Shown here: positions 1 through 7,828 of the stretch, in pieces
How the letters are laid out: each line of letters opens with the position of its first letter
How positions within the stretch are numbered: the stretch's first letter is position 1
Origin: Candidatus Krumholzibacteriia bacterium
Lineage (GTDB): Bacteria > Krumholzibacteriota > Krumholzibacteriia > WVZY01
Reading direction: 5' to 3'
Length of the DNA stretch: 12,827 bases
Assembly: GCA_036478295.1 (NCBI GenBank)
Contig: JAZGDW010000072.1
Coordinates: forward strand, 1 to 12,827
Notes under the pieces: model-generated
The model's database searches: none
Told to the model about the DNA's origin: nothing
What the model saw: only the letters and a program-made list of their open reading frames with translations
Translations under genes and position numbers: made by a program

Positions 1-1718
1 GCCGTCACCGTCGCCGCCGCCCGGTCGCCGGGGACGACCTTGGGGTCCCCGGTCACGGCAACGTCCAGGGCCACGTCGATGCGTACCGTCCCCGTCTTGG
101 TGCCGTCCGCCGCGAAGTTGTCCTGGAACAGACCGCTGCTGCTCACCCCCCACAACGGACCCGTGGTGTTCACCCTCACCAGCCGGACGTTGTCAAAGAG
201 CGGCGCGTGACTGTGGCAAAGACCGTTGCCGAAAAGATTGCACCAGACCCCACAGGCGTCCCACGCCTGCAGCGCCACCTGGACTTCGGTCGGGTTGGCG
301 CCGACGTTATCGGCCACCTGCTCCCGGTGGTGGAACCAGTCCGTCTGGTCGCCCCAGTATGCCAGATTGTCGCTCGACCACGGCGTGGATGGGCAGCCGC
401 CCGTGACACCGCGAACGTGCCACAGGTAGAAGACGAGGTTGTTCAATGGCAGGTCCCGGTAGACGTCGAAATCCAGGAACGCGCTCGTCGCCGTCGCCGG
501 TACCGGCCTGCCGTCTACATCCTGAGTCCAGTCGATGAACGGCGACCAGACCTCGTTGGTCATATAAAGGCTGCTGAGGGGCCACGGCTGTCCCCTGAAG
601 GGGCTCATGGGTACCGCCGCTTGCTCGGGGTGGCCGCCGCAGGCGTAGTTATCCATAGAGCCCGCGAAGAAACCCCATGCGTTGGTGCCGTTGAAGGTAC
701 AGCCGTCCTGCACGAACCCCGTACCGGGAAACAAATCGACGAAATCCAACCCAAAGGATTGTGCCGAGCGCGCCTGCCAGTGGCCGTCGTTCGTCTGGTG
801 TGCGCCGAGCGGCTCCGCCTCAAAATCCTGAAAGTCGACGACACCGAGCGAGTCCGCGACGGTGATGCTGTCCACCATGATGGCCCCGTCAGTGGGCCAC
901 AGCCCATCTTCGTCCGACCACGTCCCGTCGGAAACAAACGCGAATCGAACGCGGATGGTGGAGGACCCCGATCCGGGTATTGTGAAACTCTCGACCAGGC
1001 TGTCGGGACCCCAATCGTACACGTTGGGCGTGCAATTCGGGGCGGCGCTGTCGGCTGGTAGCTGCACCCAGTTCTGCCCACTGTCCCGCGAGTATGACAC
1101 CTGTCCTTGATCCCCCTCGCAGGGCTCGGAGTTCCAGAACACTTTGTAGGAGAGGGTGACGTTACCTTGAACCGGAAAGTCGACGGACTCAAAAAACTGC
1201 CGCCAGTTGTTTCCGTACCCCGGTAGCGTCGCCCAATTGCAGAAGCCGACAGACGGCGACGGGCGAACGCCGCACCACATCGACCGGCTCCCCTCGAGCG
1301 GTGCGTAGCCGGGCAGCCCCGCGAAATCATCTACATGAAAGAACGTATCCTGGAAGGTGCGATCCACGGGGAACCAGCCCTGTGGATCCGGCGCGCCCCC
1401 CGAGTCGAATGAGAAAAAGGCGAGGATGAAGGTATCGACCACTGCCGAAGGCGCCTGAGACATCCCCTGAGCCGGTAGGGGCCGGTCGGTCGTATTTGAC
1501 TTGATCTGGAGTTGATAGGGCGCTCGGGACCGTGCCGGGACGTCACGAGCGGGGGTTGCAGAACCGTGCGCACGCCGCGCGGACGGGTTACGTGGCTTAT
1601 CGGACGCTTGCAGTATCCTGGCTGATCGTCCTGTTTCGGCGGAGTGGGTTCGCGAAGGAACAGGTGAAACAAGGAGTGCCAGGAGAATCGGAAGGGCGAT
1701 CGCACGCGGGCTGGTCAT
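1..1718 (-). CDS. Large secreted Cys/Trp-rich protein with probable tandem beta-sandwich (MAM/InhA-like) domains; 3'-truncated by the window edge (>572 aa)
   Basis: Not in the ORF track. Translated by hand from the ATG at 1718-1716 (MTSPRAIALPILLALLVSPVPSRTHSAE..., signal-peptide-like), with no stop down to position 3. Contains QGWFPVD, FFHVDDF, SMWCG, GYGNNWRQ, the Asp-box-like SRDSGQNW, IRVRFAFVSDG...GAIMVDSITV, CGVWCNLFGNGLCHSHAPLFDNV and LFQDNF. AAGGA lies just before the ATG and there is a promoter upstream. Confidence 0.85.
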   Translation of the reverse strand, partial: MTSPRAIALPILLALLVSPVPSRTHSAETGRSARILQASDKPRNPSARRAHGSATPARDVPARSRAPYQLQIKSNTTDRPLPAQGMSQAPSAVVDTFILAFFSFDSGGAPDPQGWFPVDRTFQDTFFHVDDFAGLPGYAPLEGSRSMWCGVRPSPSVGFCNWATLPGYGNNWRQFFESVDFPVQGNVTLSYKVFWNSEPCEGDQGQVSYSRDSGQNWVQLPADSAAPNCTPNVYDWGPDSLVESFTIPGSGSSTIRVRFAFVSDGTWSDEDGLWPTDGAIMVDSITVADSLGVVDFQDFEAEPLGAHQTNDGHWQARSAQSFGLDFVDLFPGTGFVQDGCTFNGTNAWGFFAGSMDNYACGGHPEQAAVPMSPFRGQPWPLSSLYMTNEVWSPFIDWTQDVDGRPVPATATSAFLDFDVYRDLPLNNLVFYLWHVRGVTGGCPSTPWSSDNLAYWGDQTDWFHHREQVADNVGANPTEVQVALQAWDACGVWCNLFGNGLCHSHAPLFDNVRLVRVNTTGPLWGVSSSGLFQDNFAADGTKTGTVRIDVALDVAVTGDPKVVPGDRAAATVT

Positions 1719-1741
1719 AATCCTTGCCCCCTTTGCGGGGA

Positions 1742-1770
1742 AGCATACCACAGCCGGTGTTTTCTTCCAA
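1742..1770 (-). promoter_or_regulatory. Putative sigma70-type promoter for the secreted-protein gene
   Basis: Minus strand reads TTGGAA-N17-TATGCT, with TGn immediately before the -10, in the 57-bp intergenic gap. Confidence 0.5.
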
Positions 1771-1775
1771 GCGGG

Positions 1776-2426
1776 CTATTCCTCCCACTTGGTGACAATG
1801 CCCTTGGGCAGCCGCACGTAGATGTACTTCGGCCGCTTGCTCTGCCGGTATGCCCACTGCTCTTCGGTGTCGCCCTCGGAACCGATGTCGTTGCTGCGGA
1901 TTTCGGTGGGAATCCCCCATGATTCGAGCGCGGCGTCAACGGGCATACCGATGAAGATCTCGTGATTGATTACCGCGCGCGCGGCTCGCTTGCCCCAGGC
2001 ACGGATGTAGTCTACTTGTCGCAGCATGGGTGATTTGAACCACATGAGTTCACCCAGCCGGTCTTCTATCTTCTCAACGGTCAGTGGTGTTTCAATCTTC
2101 AGGGCATGCACAATCTTCTTGCGCTTCCGATCCATAACGGTGACCGCACCATTGTACGCAAAGTTGATGTCCACAATTTCGATCTTGCTGTCCCTTAACA
2201 CAATCTGCTTTTTCGCTTCCCCGGGGATCTCCCTTTCCGTCAAGTCTTCCAGCATCGTTCTCGTCCAGGCCTTCCGGCCCTGGTATTTCTCCGTCAACAT
2301 CTTCTGGTCCTCCAGCGAGATGTCCTTAGAAACCATTTTGTCATAAACCTTGGCCACACTTTTGAGCTTTGAGCATCCGACAGCGGCCAGACAAACCACC
2401 GCGACGGTGATGAGTACCTTTTTCAT
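1776..2426 (-). CDS. Uncharacterised lipoprotein (216 aa) with a C-terminal SmpA/BamE-like motif
   Basis: MKK, a hydrophobic stretch and lipobox-like AVGC (Cys18). AGGAGG SD upstream. C-terminus reads IFIGM..AALESWGIP...EEQWAY...YIYV..GIVTKW. Confidence 0.75.
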   Translation of the reverse strand: MKKVLITVAVVCLAAVGCSKLKSVAKVYDKMVSKDISLEDQKMLTEKYQGRKAWTRTMLEDLTEREIPGEAKKQIVLRDSKIEIVDINFAYNGAVTVMDRKRKKIVHALKIETPLTVEKIEDRLGELMWFKSPMLRQVDYIRAWGKRAARAVINHEIFIGMPVDAALESWGIPTEIRSNDIGSEGDTEEQWAYRQSKRPKYIYVRLPKGIVTKWEE

Positions 2427-2475
2427 CCTAAAAAACCCTCCTGATTATCCTGTCGATTCCGCGTGGGGTCCCAGA

Positions 2476-2829
2476 TCAGTAAATAGCTTCGATATGCTGC
2501 AGGGTCATCCCTTCCAGCGTCGGCGGCAGATCGATGACCACGAGGTCAACCTGCGGCTCGAGGGATTCACCACTGTTCCGTATGGCTCCGGACAGCGCCG
2601 TCTGCAGCCGCGCCACCTTGCGGCGGTCCACCGCTTCGACGGCCCTGCCAAAACGGTCGCCCCTTCGAAGCTTGACTTCGACGGCGACCAGACGCGACCC
2701 TCTCCGCACCAGCAAATCGATCTCGCGCCCGGCGAACCGATAATTGCGGCGGAGAATCACGTATCCTTTCAACCGCAGAAAGGACTCGGCGATGCGCTCG
2801 CCCAATTCACCGATTTCCCGCGTGTTCAC
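2476..2829 (-). CDS. yraN: YraN/UPF0102 family putative PD-(D/E)XK endonuclease
   Basis: GELGERIAESFL..KGYVILRRNYR...EIDLL...VAVEVKLR. The GTG start at 2829 is preferred because GAAAGGGG precedes it. The ORF extends to a TTG at 2871. Position after rnhB is typical. Confidence 0.9.
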   Translation of the reverse strand: MNTREIGELGERIAESFLRLKGYVILRRNYRFAGREIDLLVRRGSRLVAVEVKLRRGDRFGRAVEAVDRRKVARLQTALSGAIRNSGESLEPQVDLVVIDLPPTLEGMTLQHIEAIY

Positions 2830-2871
2830 AACCGCACCCCTTTCCCGTCCCGACACGGTCCCTATAGACAA

Positions 2872-3564
2872 TTAAAACAGTCTCGGCGATTTTTCAACCG
2901 CCTTTATCCGGTAACTACGGCGATGCAGCGGTGTGACGCCGTGCTTGCGTATCGCGTCCAGATGCTCCCGAGTCCCGTACCCCTTGTTATTGTTGAAGTT
3001 ATAGGCCGGGTGACTGTTGTGCAGCCTGCGCATGGCCCGGTCCCGCGCCACCTTGGCGACGATCGAGGCGGCGGCGATGGAGAGGCTCTTACCGTCGCCG
3101 CCGATCACCGGCACCACCCGGGTTTGGATATCGATACTGTCCCTGCCGTCGATCAGCACCAGGTCCACACCAGCGCCCAGGTTGCCGTACGCCCTCGCCA
3201 TGGTTATCAGAGTCGCGTTCAGGATATTGTCGCGGTCGATGGCGATGGGGTGGTTGAAGGAAATGCCGATGGCACGCGCCGTGAGAACGATCTCCTGAAA
3301 CAGCGCCTCCCGCTCGTCCTCCGTCAGTGCCTTGGAATCGTTCACGCCCAGCAGGCGGGAGCTACGCGGCAGGATGACGGCGGCGGCCACAACCGGACCG
3401 GCGAGAGCTCCCCTACCCACCTCGTCGATGCCAGCCAGGCGGCCACCGGCCGGGTCCAGCTCGCGGTCAAACCTCTCCAACCGTAGGTACAGGGCTTCCC
3501 GGTCGAGCGGCTTATTTGCCGCGCGGCGTTTTCTTTTCGGTGATGCGGGCCGCTTTTCCGACAA
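2872..3564 (-). CDS. rnhB: Ribonuclease HII
   Basis: [61 protein letters not shown]. Start is uncertain (TTG 3564 or TTG 3480). Confidence 0.96.
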   Translation of the reverse strand: MSEKRPASPKRKRRAANKPLDREALYLRLERFDRELDPAGGRLAGIDEVGRGALAGPVVAAAVILPRSSRLLGVNDSKALTEDEREALFQEIVLTARAIGISFNHPIAIDRDNILNATLITMARAYGNLGAGVDLVLIDGRDSIDIQTRVVPVIGGDGKSLSIAAASIVAKVARDRAMRRLHNSHPAYNFNNNKGYGTREHLDAIRKHGVTPLHRRSYRIKAVEKSPRLF

Positions 3565-3868
3565 GGTCCCTCAGATAATAAAGTTTCGCACGTCGAACCT
3601 TACCTCTGCGCATAACCTTTATGGATTTGATATTCGGAGAATGCAAGGGGAAAATGCGTTCCACCCCGATCCCGGAGCTGATCTTGCGGACCGTAAACGT
3701 CTCACGGGCGCCGCCTCCCCGGCGCTGCAGCACCACGCCCTGGAAAGCCTGTTCGCGCTCCTTGTCGCCCTCTACCACGCGGACCAGAACGCGAATGGTA
3801 TCCCCGACGCAAAAATCGTGCTCGCCGTCCTTCAACATTTTTCGTTCTATTTTGTCAAGCCTGTCCAC
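3512..3868 (-). CDS. rplS: 50S ribosomal protein L19
   Basis: [58 protein letters not shown] start with GGAGG SD. Confidence 0.98.
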   Translation of the reverse strand: MDRLDKIERKMLKDGEHDFCVGDTIRVLVRVVEGDKEREQAFQGVVLQRRGGGARETFTVRKISSGIGVERIFPLHSPNIKSIKVMRRGKVRRAKLYYLRDLVGKAARITEKKTPRGK

Positions 3869-3895
3869 TTGCGGCCCTCCCTGGTTTCTTGAGTA

Positions 3896-4585
3896 TCAAT
3901 TCTTTCCTTCTAAGAGGTCGGGTCTCATTTCCTGGGTCCGCTTCAAAGAGGATTCTTTTCTCCAGTTTTCTATTTCTTTATGATTACCTGACAGCAAGAC
4001 TTCCGGAACGCGGTGTCCGCGATACTCCGCGGGACGCGTGTAATAGACACAGTCAAGAAGATGCGCGCGCCTCTCTTCAAAAGAATCCGTGTCGCGCGAC
4101 TCGTCGTTTTGCAGCACGTTGTCGAGGAGCCTGACGATGGATTCCACACAGGCGCCCGCTGCCAGCTCTCCACCGCTCAGGACAAAATCGCCGATCGACA
4201 CCTCCTCGGTCGCGACCAGGTCACGAACCCGCTCGTCAACACCCTTGTAACGGCCGCATATGAAGGTCAATTCCTTCTCACCGGCGTATCTCCGAGCCAT
4301 GGCCTGATCGAAGCGCTTTCCCGCCGGACTCAGCAGGATGACCGGACTGCCCTCGGACACCCCGAGCCGCTCCACCGCTTCGACCAGCGGCGGGACCATC
4401 AGCACCATGCCGCCGCCACCGCCGTAGGGTTCGTCGTCAACCTTGCGGTGCGTATCAGTGGTAAAATCTCTGGGGTTGGTAACGGTGTACTCGACCAGCG
4501 ATTTCTTTTTCGCGACACCCAGCATGCCCATCGACAGAATGGTCTCCATCGCATCCGGAAATATCGTGACAACGTTGATCTTCAT
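3896..4585 (-). CDS. trmD: tRNA (guanine37-N1)-methyltransferase
   Basis: HRKVDDEPYGGG.GM, LLSPAG, CGRYKGVDER, SIGDFVLSGGE, DSF, YTRP, VPEVLLSGNH. Confidence 0.98.
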   Translation of the reverse strand: MKINVVTIFPDAMETILSMGMLGVAKKKSLVEYTVTNPRDFTTDTHRKVDDEPYGGGGGMVLMVPPLVEAVERLGVSEGSPVILLSPAGKRFDQAMARRYAGEKELTFICGRYKGVDERVRDLVATEEVSIGDFVLSGGELAAGACVESIVRLLDNVLQNDESRDTDSFEERRAHLLDCVYYTRPAEYRGHRVPEVLLSGNHKEIENWRKESSLKRTQEMRPDLLEGKN

Positions 4586-4588
4586 TCC

Positions 4589-5122
4589 TTAGTCCCCACA
4601 GAGACCGGGTATCGGCCTGATCACGATTTCCCGCCGTTCCCTGTCCACCGACACAACGAATTCGGACACGGCCGGCACCATAAATACAGCTTGTTTCCCC
4701 TTCACCTCATAGACGTCGTGCGCCGACGAGTAGATCACCGAAGCGACCTCTCCGAGCACTTCGTCGTCTTCGTTCTTTACCGTCATGCCCACGACCTGGT
4801 ATGGCAACAACCTGTTCGGCGGCGCGACGTCCAGGCTGTCCTCTGCGATGAACACCCTGCCGCCCACCATGTCCTCGGCGGCGTTGCGATCCTCTACACC
4901 CTTTACCTTCACTACGTAGTTTCTGCCGTGCGGTCGCGACCGGTCGATGACAAGGGGGCGCTCCTCTTGCTTGCCGTTCGTATGCCAGTGCACCTTCAGG
5001 TGACGCGACCCGAGCACCTCCTCCCAGAAATCGTCGGAGGGGTGGAACTTCAATTCACCGTGGATACCGAAGGGCTTCACGATCCGGCCCAGGAAAATAT
5101 CGGCCATCTCCTGTACACTCAT
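4589..5122 (-). CDS. rimM: 16S rRNA processing / ribosome maturation factor RimM
   Basis: LGRIVKPFGIHGELK, VKGVEDRNAAE, a C-terminal PRC-barrel pattern (HDVYEV, VPAVSEFVVSVD, IPGL). Located between khpA and trmD. An alternative ATG lies at 5107. Confidence 0.95.
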   Translation of the reverse strand: MSVQEMADIFLGRIVKPFGIHGELKFHPSDDFWEEVLGSRHLKVHWHTNGKQEERPLVIDRSRPHGRNYVVKVKGVEDRNAAEDMVGGRVFIAEDSLDVAPPNRLLPYQVVGMTVKNEDDEVLGEVASVIYSSAHDVYEVKGKQAVFMVPAVSEFVVSVDRERREIVIRPIPGLCGD

Positions 5123-5373
5123 TCCTTGATTTCAAAAATAATCTTCTCGCCGGCTTTCGACGCCGCCGCGTTGACCAGGGTGCGGATTGCCCGAGCCGTC
5201 TGCCCGTTCTTGCCGATGACCTTTCCAAGGTCGGCCTGCCCCACCGACAGTTCCATCACCGTGTAATTCTCTTTCTTGGACTCTTTGACCTTGACGCCTT
5301 TGCGCTCGTCGACCAGCGACGTGGCGACAAACTCGATGAGCTCTCGGATCGTTGCTCTGTTTACTTCAGCCAT
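5119..5373 (-). CDS. khpA: KH-domain RNA-binding protein (KhpA/YlqC, UPF0109)
   Basis: ELIEFVATSLVD, ELSV...DLGKVIGKNGQTARAIRTL (GxxG loop). Canonical rpsP-khpA-rimM context. Confidence 0.93.
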   Translation of the reverse strand: MAEVNRATIRELIEFVATSLVDERKGVKVKESKKENYTVMELSVGQADLGKVIGKNGQTARAIRTLVNAAASKAGEKIIFEIKE

Positions 5374-5413
5374 GGCCCAACCTTTGCGTATGTGTGGACA
5401 CGTTGCTAACCGG

Positions 5414-6241
5414 TCAAGACTTTTTGGGCTCTTCCGCCGGCGGCTCGTCGGCGTGCGTCTCGCCCTCGGATCCCGCGCCGGTGTCTACCGGTGCAGCGTC
5501 CGCCTCGGCCTCGGTTACTTTCTCGTCGGGGGCCGGCTCGGCCTCAACCGCTTTTTCCTTTGCTGGCGCTGGCTCTTGCACCTTCGCCGTTTCCGAGGGC
5601 GGTTCTGCCTTGGTCTTTGCAGCTGCGGTCTCGTCGGCCTCCACTGCTTTTTCCTCTGCTGGCGCTGGCTCTTGCACCTTCGCTGGTTCCGCAGGCGGCT
5701 CTGCCTTGGTTTTTGCAGCGGCGGTCTCACCAGCCTCAGCTGTTTTTTTCTCTGCTGGCGCCGGCTCTTGCACCTTCACCGTTTCTGCAGGTGCCTCTGC
5801 CTTGGTCTTTGCAGCGGCGGTCTCACCGGCCTCAGCAGCTTCGGCGGCGGTCGCCGCCTTCGCCGTCGCCTTGGCGGAAAGGGTGGCCTGTCGTTTCTTC
5901 TCCCGCCGGTCGCGCGCCGCCAGCCGCTGCGCTTTGATGGCTTCGACCCGCGTTTGCAGCGCGTCGCCGGTGATACCCTGCTTCATGAGCTTCCACTTCT
6001 GCAGGCACCCAACCTGCCTCAGCAGACTCGCGGTGCTCGTCGTCGGCACCGCCCCGCGCTCGAACCACTTGAAAACCAATTCTTCGTCGATGTGAATCTC
6101 GGCCGGGTTCAGGATCGGGTTGTAGTACCCAAGGGTCTCTATGAAACGTCCGTCCCGCGGCATGCGCGAGTCTGCCGCTATGATACGGTAGAATGGGCGT
6201 TTCTTCGATCCCATCCGTTTGAGTCTGATCTTAACCGCCAA
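5414..6241 (-). CDS. rpsP: 30S ribosomal protein S16 with a ~190-aa C-terminal extension
   Basis: [44 protein letters not shown] start with GGAGGT SD. Ala/Glu/Lys/Pro-rich tail. Confidence 0.97.
   Translation of the reverse strand: MAVKIRLKRMGSKKRPFYRIIAADSRMPRDGRFIETLGYYNPILNPAEIHIDEELVFKWFERGAVPTTSTASLLRQVGCLQKWKLMKQGITGDALQTRVEAIKAQRLAARDRREKKRQATLSAKATAKAATAAEAAEAGETAAAKTKAEAPAETVKVQEPAPAEKKTAEAGETAAAKTKAEPPAEPAKVQEPAPAEEKAVEADETAAAKTKAEPPSETAKVQEPAPAKEKAVEAEPAPDEKVTEAEADAAPVDTGAGSEGETHADEPPAEEPKKS
5540..5836 (-). repeat. In-frame 96-bp (32-aa) tandem repeat, 3 copies plus a partial, within the rpsP tail
   Basis: ggctcttgcacctt recurs at 5571, 5667 and 5763. Units are 5836-5741, 5740-5645 and 5644-5549, encoding (A/V)EA(G/D)[10 protein letters not shown](A/P)P(A/S)[10 protein letters not shown](T/A). 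Confidence 0.95.
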
Positions 6242-6300
6242 AAGAATACCTCCAACGTGTGCTTAAAACCTCGCCTGGGCTACGAATACTGTTTTCGCTG

Positions 6301-7629
6301 CTAAAAAGGCGCGAACGGCATTTTTGTTTTCTTACCGCTGAATTTACCAAACATTTTCATCATCTTCTTCATCTCTTGAAACTGTTTGAGCAACCGGTTG
6401 ACCGCCTGCACGCTGGTACCGCTTCCGCGGGCGATGCGCTTTCTGCGGCTGCCATCGATCAAGTTCGGGCGCTCCCGTTCCTCGACCGTCATTGAATTGA
6501 TGATCGCCTCGGCCTCTCCAAACTGGCGGCCGTCGACTTTGAGTCCCTTCACGGCCGCCTTCGAAAAACCGGGAATCATCTTCAGCATCTCATCCAGCGG
6601 CCCCATTTTCTTGAGTCGTTTCAGCTCCCCGAGAAAATCGGAGAGCGTAAACGTCTGCTCGCGCAGCCGCTTTTCGAGTTCCTGTACCCTCTCGAGATCG
6701 ATACCGTCTTGCGTCTTCTCGATCAGCGACAGCATGTCACCCATCCCGAGAATGCGGCCCGCCATGCGATCGGGATGAAAGATCTCCAGGTCGCCGAGCT
6801 TCTCGCCCACACTGGCGAAACGAATCCGCGCGCCGCTCGCGGCCGTCACCGAAAGCGCCGCTCCGCCTCGCGCGTCACCGTCGAGTTTGGTCAGGACTAG
6901 CCCGCTGAAATCGAGTCGTTCGCGAAATGATTTTGCGACGTTGACCGCTTCTTGCCCGGTCATGCTGTCGAGGACGAGGAGCACCTCCTGCGGCGCAGCG
7001 AGCTTCTTCAGCTCCTCGAGCTCTCTCATCATCTCGTCGTCGGCGTGCAGGCGGCCCGCTGTATCCAGGATCAGCGTGTCGCACATGAGCTCGCGCGCCG
7101 TCGTGCGAGCACCGCTGTATATTCTTGCGACGTCTTTCTCCCCTGCCTCACCGCGCGCCACCGGAACGTCGATCTGTCGTCCGAGAACTTCGAGCTGCTC
7201 GGTGGCCGCAGGCCGGTAAACGTCCAGCGCTACGAGGAGCGGCTTCCGCCCCTTCTTCTTCAAGAAGGCACCGAGCTTGGCCGCGAACGTCGTCTTGCCC
7301 GATCCCTGCAGGCCCACCACCATAACGTTGGCTTCTGCACCCTGTAGCGCGAACGGCACCGCTTCTCCGCCAAGGAGGCCGGTCAGCTCCTCGTGCACGA
7401 TCTTGATGATCCGCTGCGCGGGCGTAAAACTCTTGATCACTGCTTCGCCGCACGCCCGCTCCTCGAGACGCGCCACGAAGTCCTTGACCACCCGAAAGTT
7501 GACGTCCGCTTCGAGCAGCGCCCGCCGCACCTCGCGGGCTGTCGCCGCAATGTCTTTTTCCGAAATCTTGCCCCGGTTACGGAGTCGGGCAAAAATCCCG
7601 TCGAGCTTCTGGGTCAGGTCGGTAAACAT
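6301..7629 (-). CDS. ffh: Signal recognition particle protein Ffh
   Basis: ALLEADV, GLQGSGKTT, DVYRPAA, DTAGR, TKLDGDARGG, FHPDRMAGRILGMGD, SRRKRIARGSG. The ATG at 7629 (MFTDLT) matches the family N-terminus. Confidence 0.98.
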   Translation of the reverse strand: MFTDLTQKLDGIFARLRNRGKISEKDIAATAREVRRALLEADVNFRVVKDFVARLEERACGEAVIKSFTPAQRIIKIVHEELTGLLGGEAVPFALQGAEANVMVVGLQGSGKTTFAAKLGAFLKKKGRKPLLVALDVYRPAATEQLEVLGRQIDVPVARGEAGEKDVARIYSGARTTARELMCDTLILDTAGRLHADDEMMRELEELKKLAAPQEVLLVLDSMTGQEAVNVAKSFRERLDFSGLVLTKLDGDARGGAALSVTAASGARIRFASVGEKLGDLEIFHPDRMAGRILGMGDMLSLIEKTQDGIDLERVQELEKRLREQTFTLSDFLGELKRLKKMGPLDEMLKMIPGFSKAAVKGLKVDGRQFGEAEAIINSMTVEERERPNLIDGSRRKRIARGSGTSVQAVNRLLKQFQEMKKMMKMFGKFSGKKTKMPFAPF

Positions 7630-7697
7630 ACCTGTCCGGTTTCCAATCAACCTCGGGAAGTTACTCTTTGCAACTGATTGAGTGAAAGCAGGTTAGC

Positions 7698-7740
7698 AGA
7701 TACGCAATTTGCTCATAAATAAAGATTCGCAACTTGTTCA
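7698..7740. repeat. Imperfect 18-bp direct repeat in the ffh upstream region
   Basis: agatacgcaatttgctca (7698-7715) versus agattcgcaacttgttca (7723-7740): 15/18 identical, 25-bp period. Confidence 0.7.
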
Positions 7741-7748
7741 GAAAATGA

Positions 7749-7777
7749 AATTTATCAGATTGTGGGAAGTTTTGCAA
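7749..7777 (-). promoter_or_regulatory. Putative sigma70-type promoter of the ffh-rpsP operon
   Basis: Minus strand reads TTGCAA-N17-TAAATT with TGn before the -10, in the most AT-rich intergenic stretch of the window. Confidence 0.6.
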
Positions 7778-7828
7778 GTCCAAAAACTCGTTACGCGCCT
7801 TGGGGTTACGGTTGGGGGCAGGGTTGCC

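Noticed and set aside
207..254. c-type heme attachment site
   Set aside because: The spacing is Cx3Cx7CH, not CxxCH.
207..1705. Track ORFs 207..1061(+), 605..1330(-), 1331..1705(-) and smaller ones
   Set aside because: These are antisense or off-frame shadows of the 1718-to-edge gene, with Arg/Pro/Ser-rich composition and no motifs.
1723..1743. Intrinsic terminator after the lipoprotein gene (CCCC/GGGG stem)
   Set aside because: The stem is short, lacks a U-tract on the minus strand, and overlaps the predicted TSS region.
2476..3564. yraN plus rnhB as a defence nuclease pair
   Set aside because: rplS-rnhB-yraN is a widespread housekeeping arrangement, and there is no defence or mobility context.
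2350..6304. Long plus-strand ORFs 2350..3486, 4013..5266, 5276..6304 and 5352..6095
   Set aside because: They are antisense to clear housekeeping genes, as expected in high-GC DNA. Their periodicity simply mirrors the rpsP repeat.
7630..7828. SRP RNA (ffs) or a ylxM gene upstream of ffh
   Set aside because: There is no GC-rich helix-8 hairpin with the TCAGG...GGAA...GCAG signature and no suitable ORF. The region is AT-rich and promoter-like.
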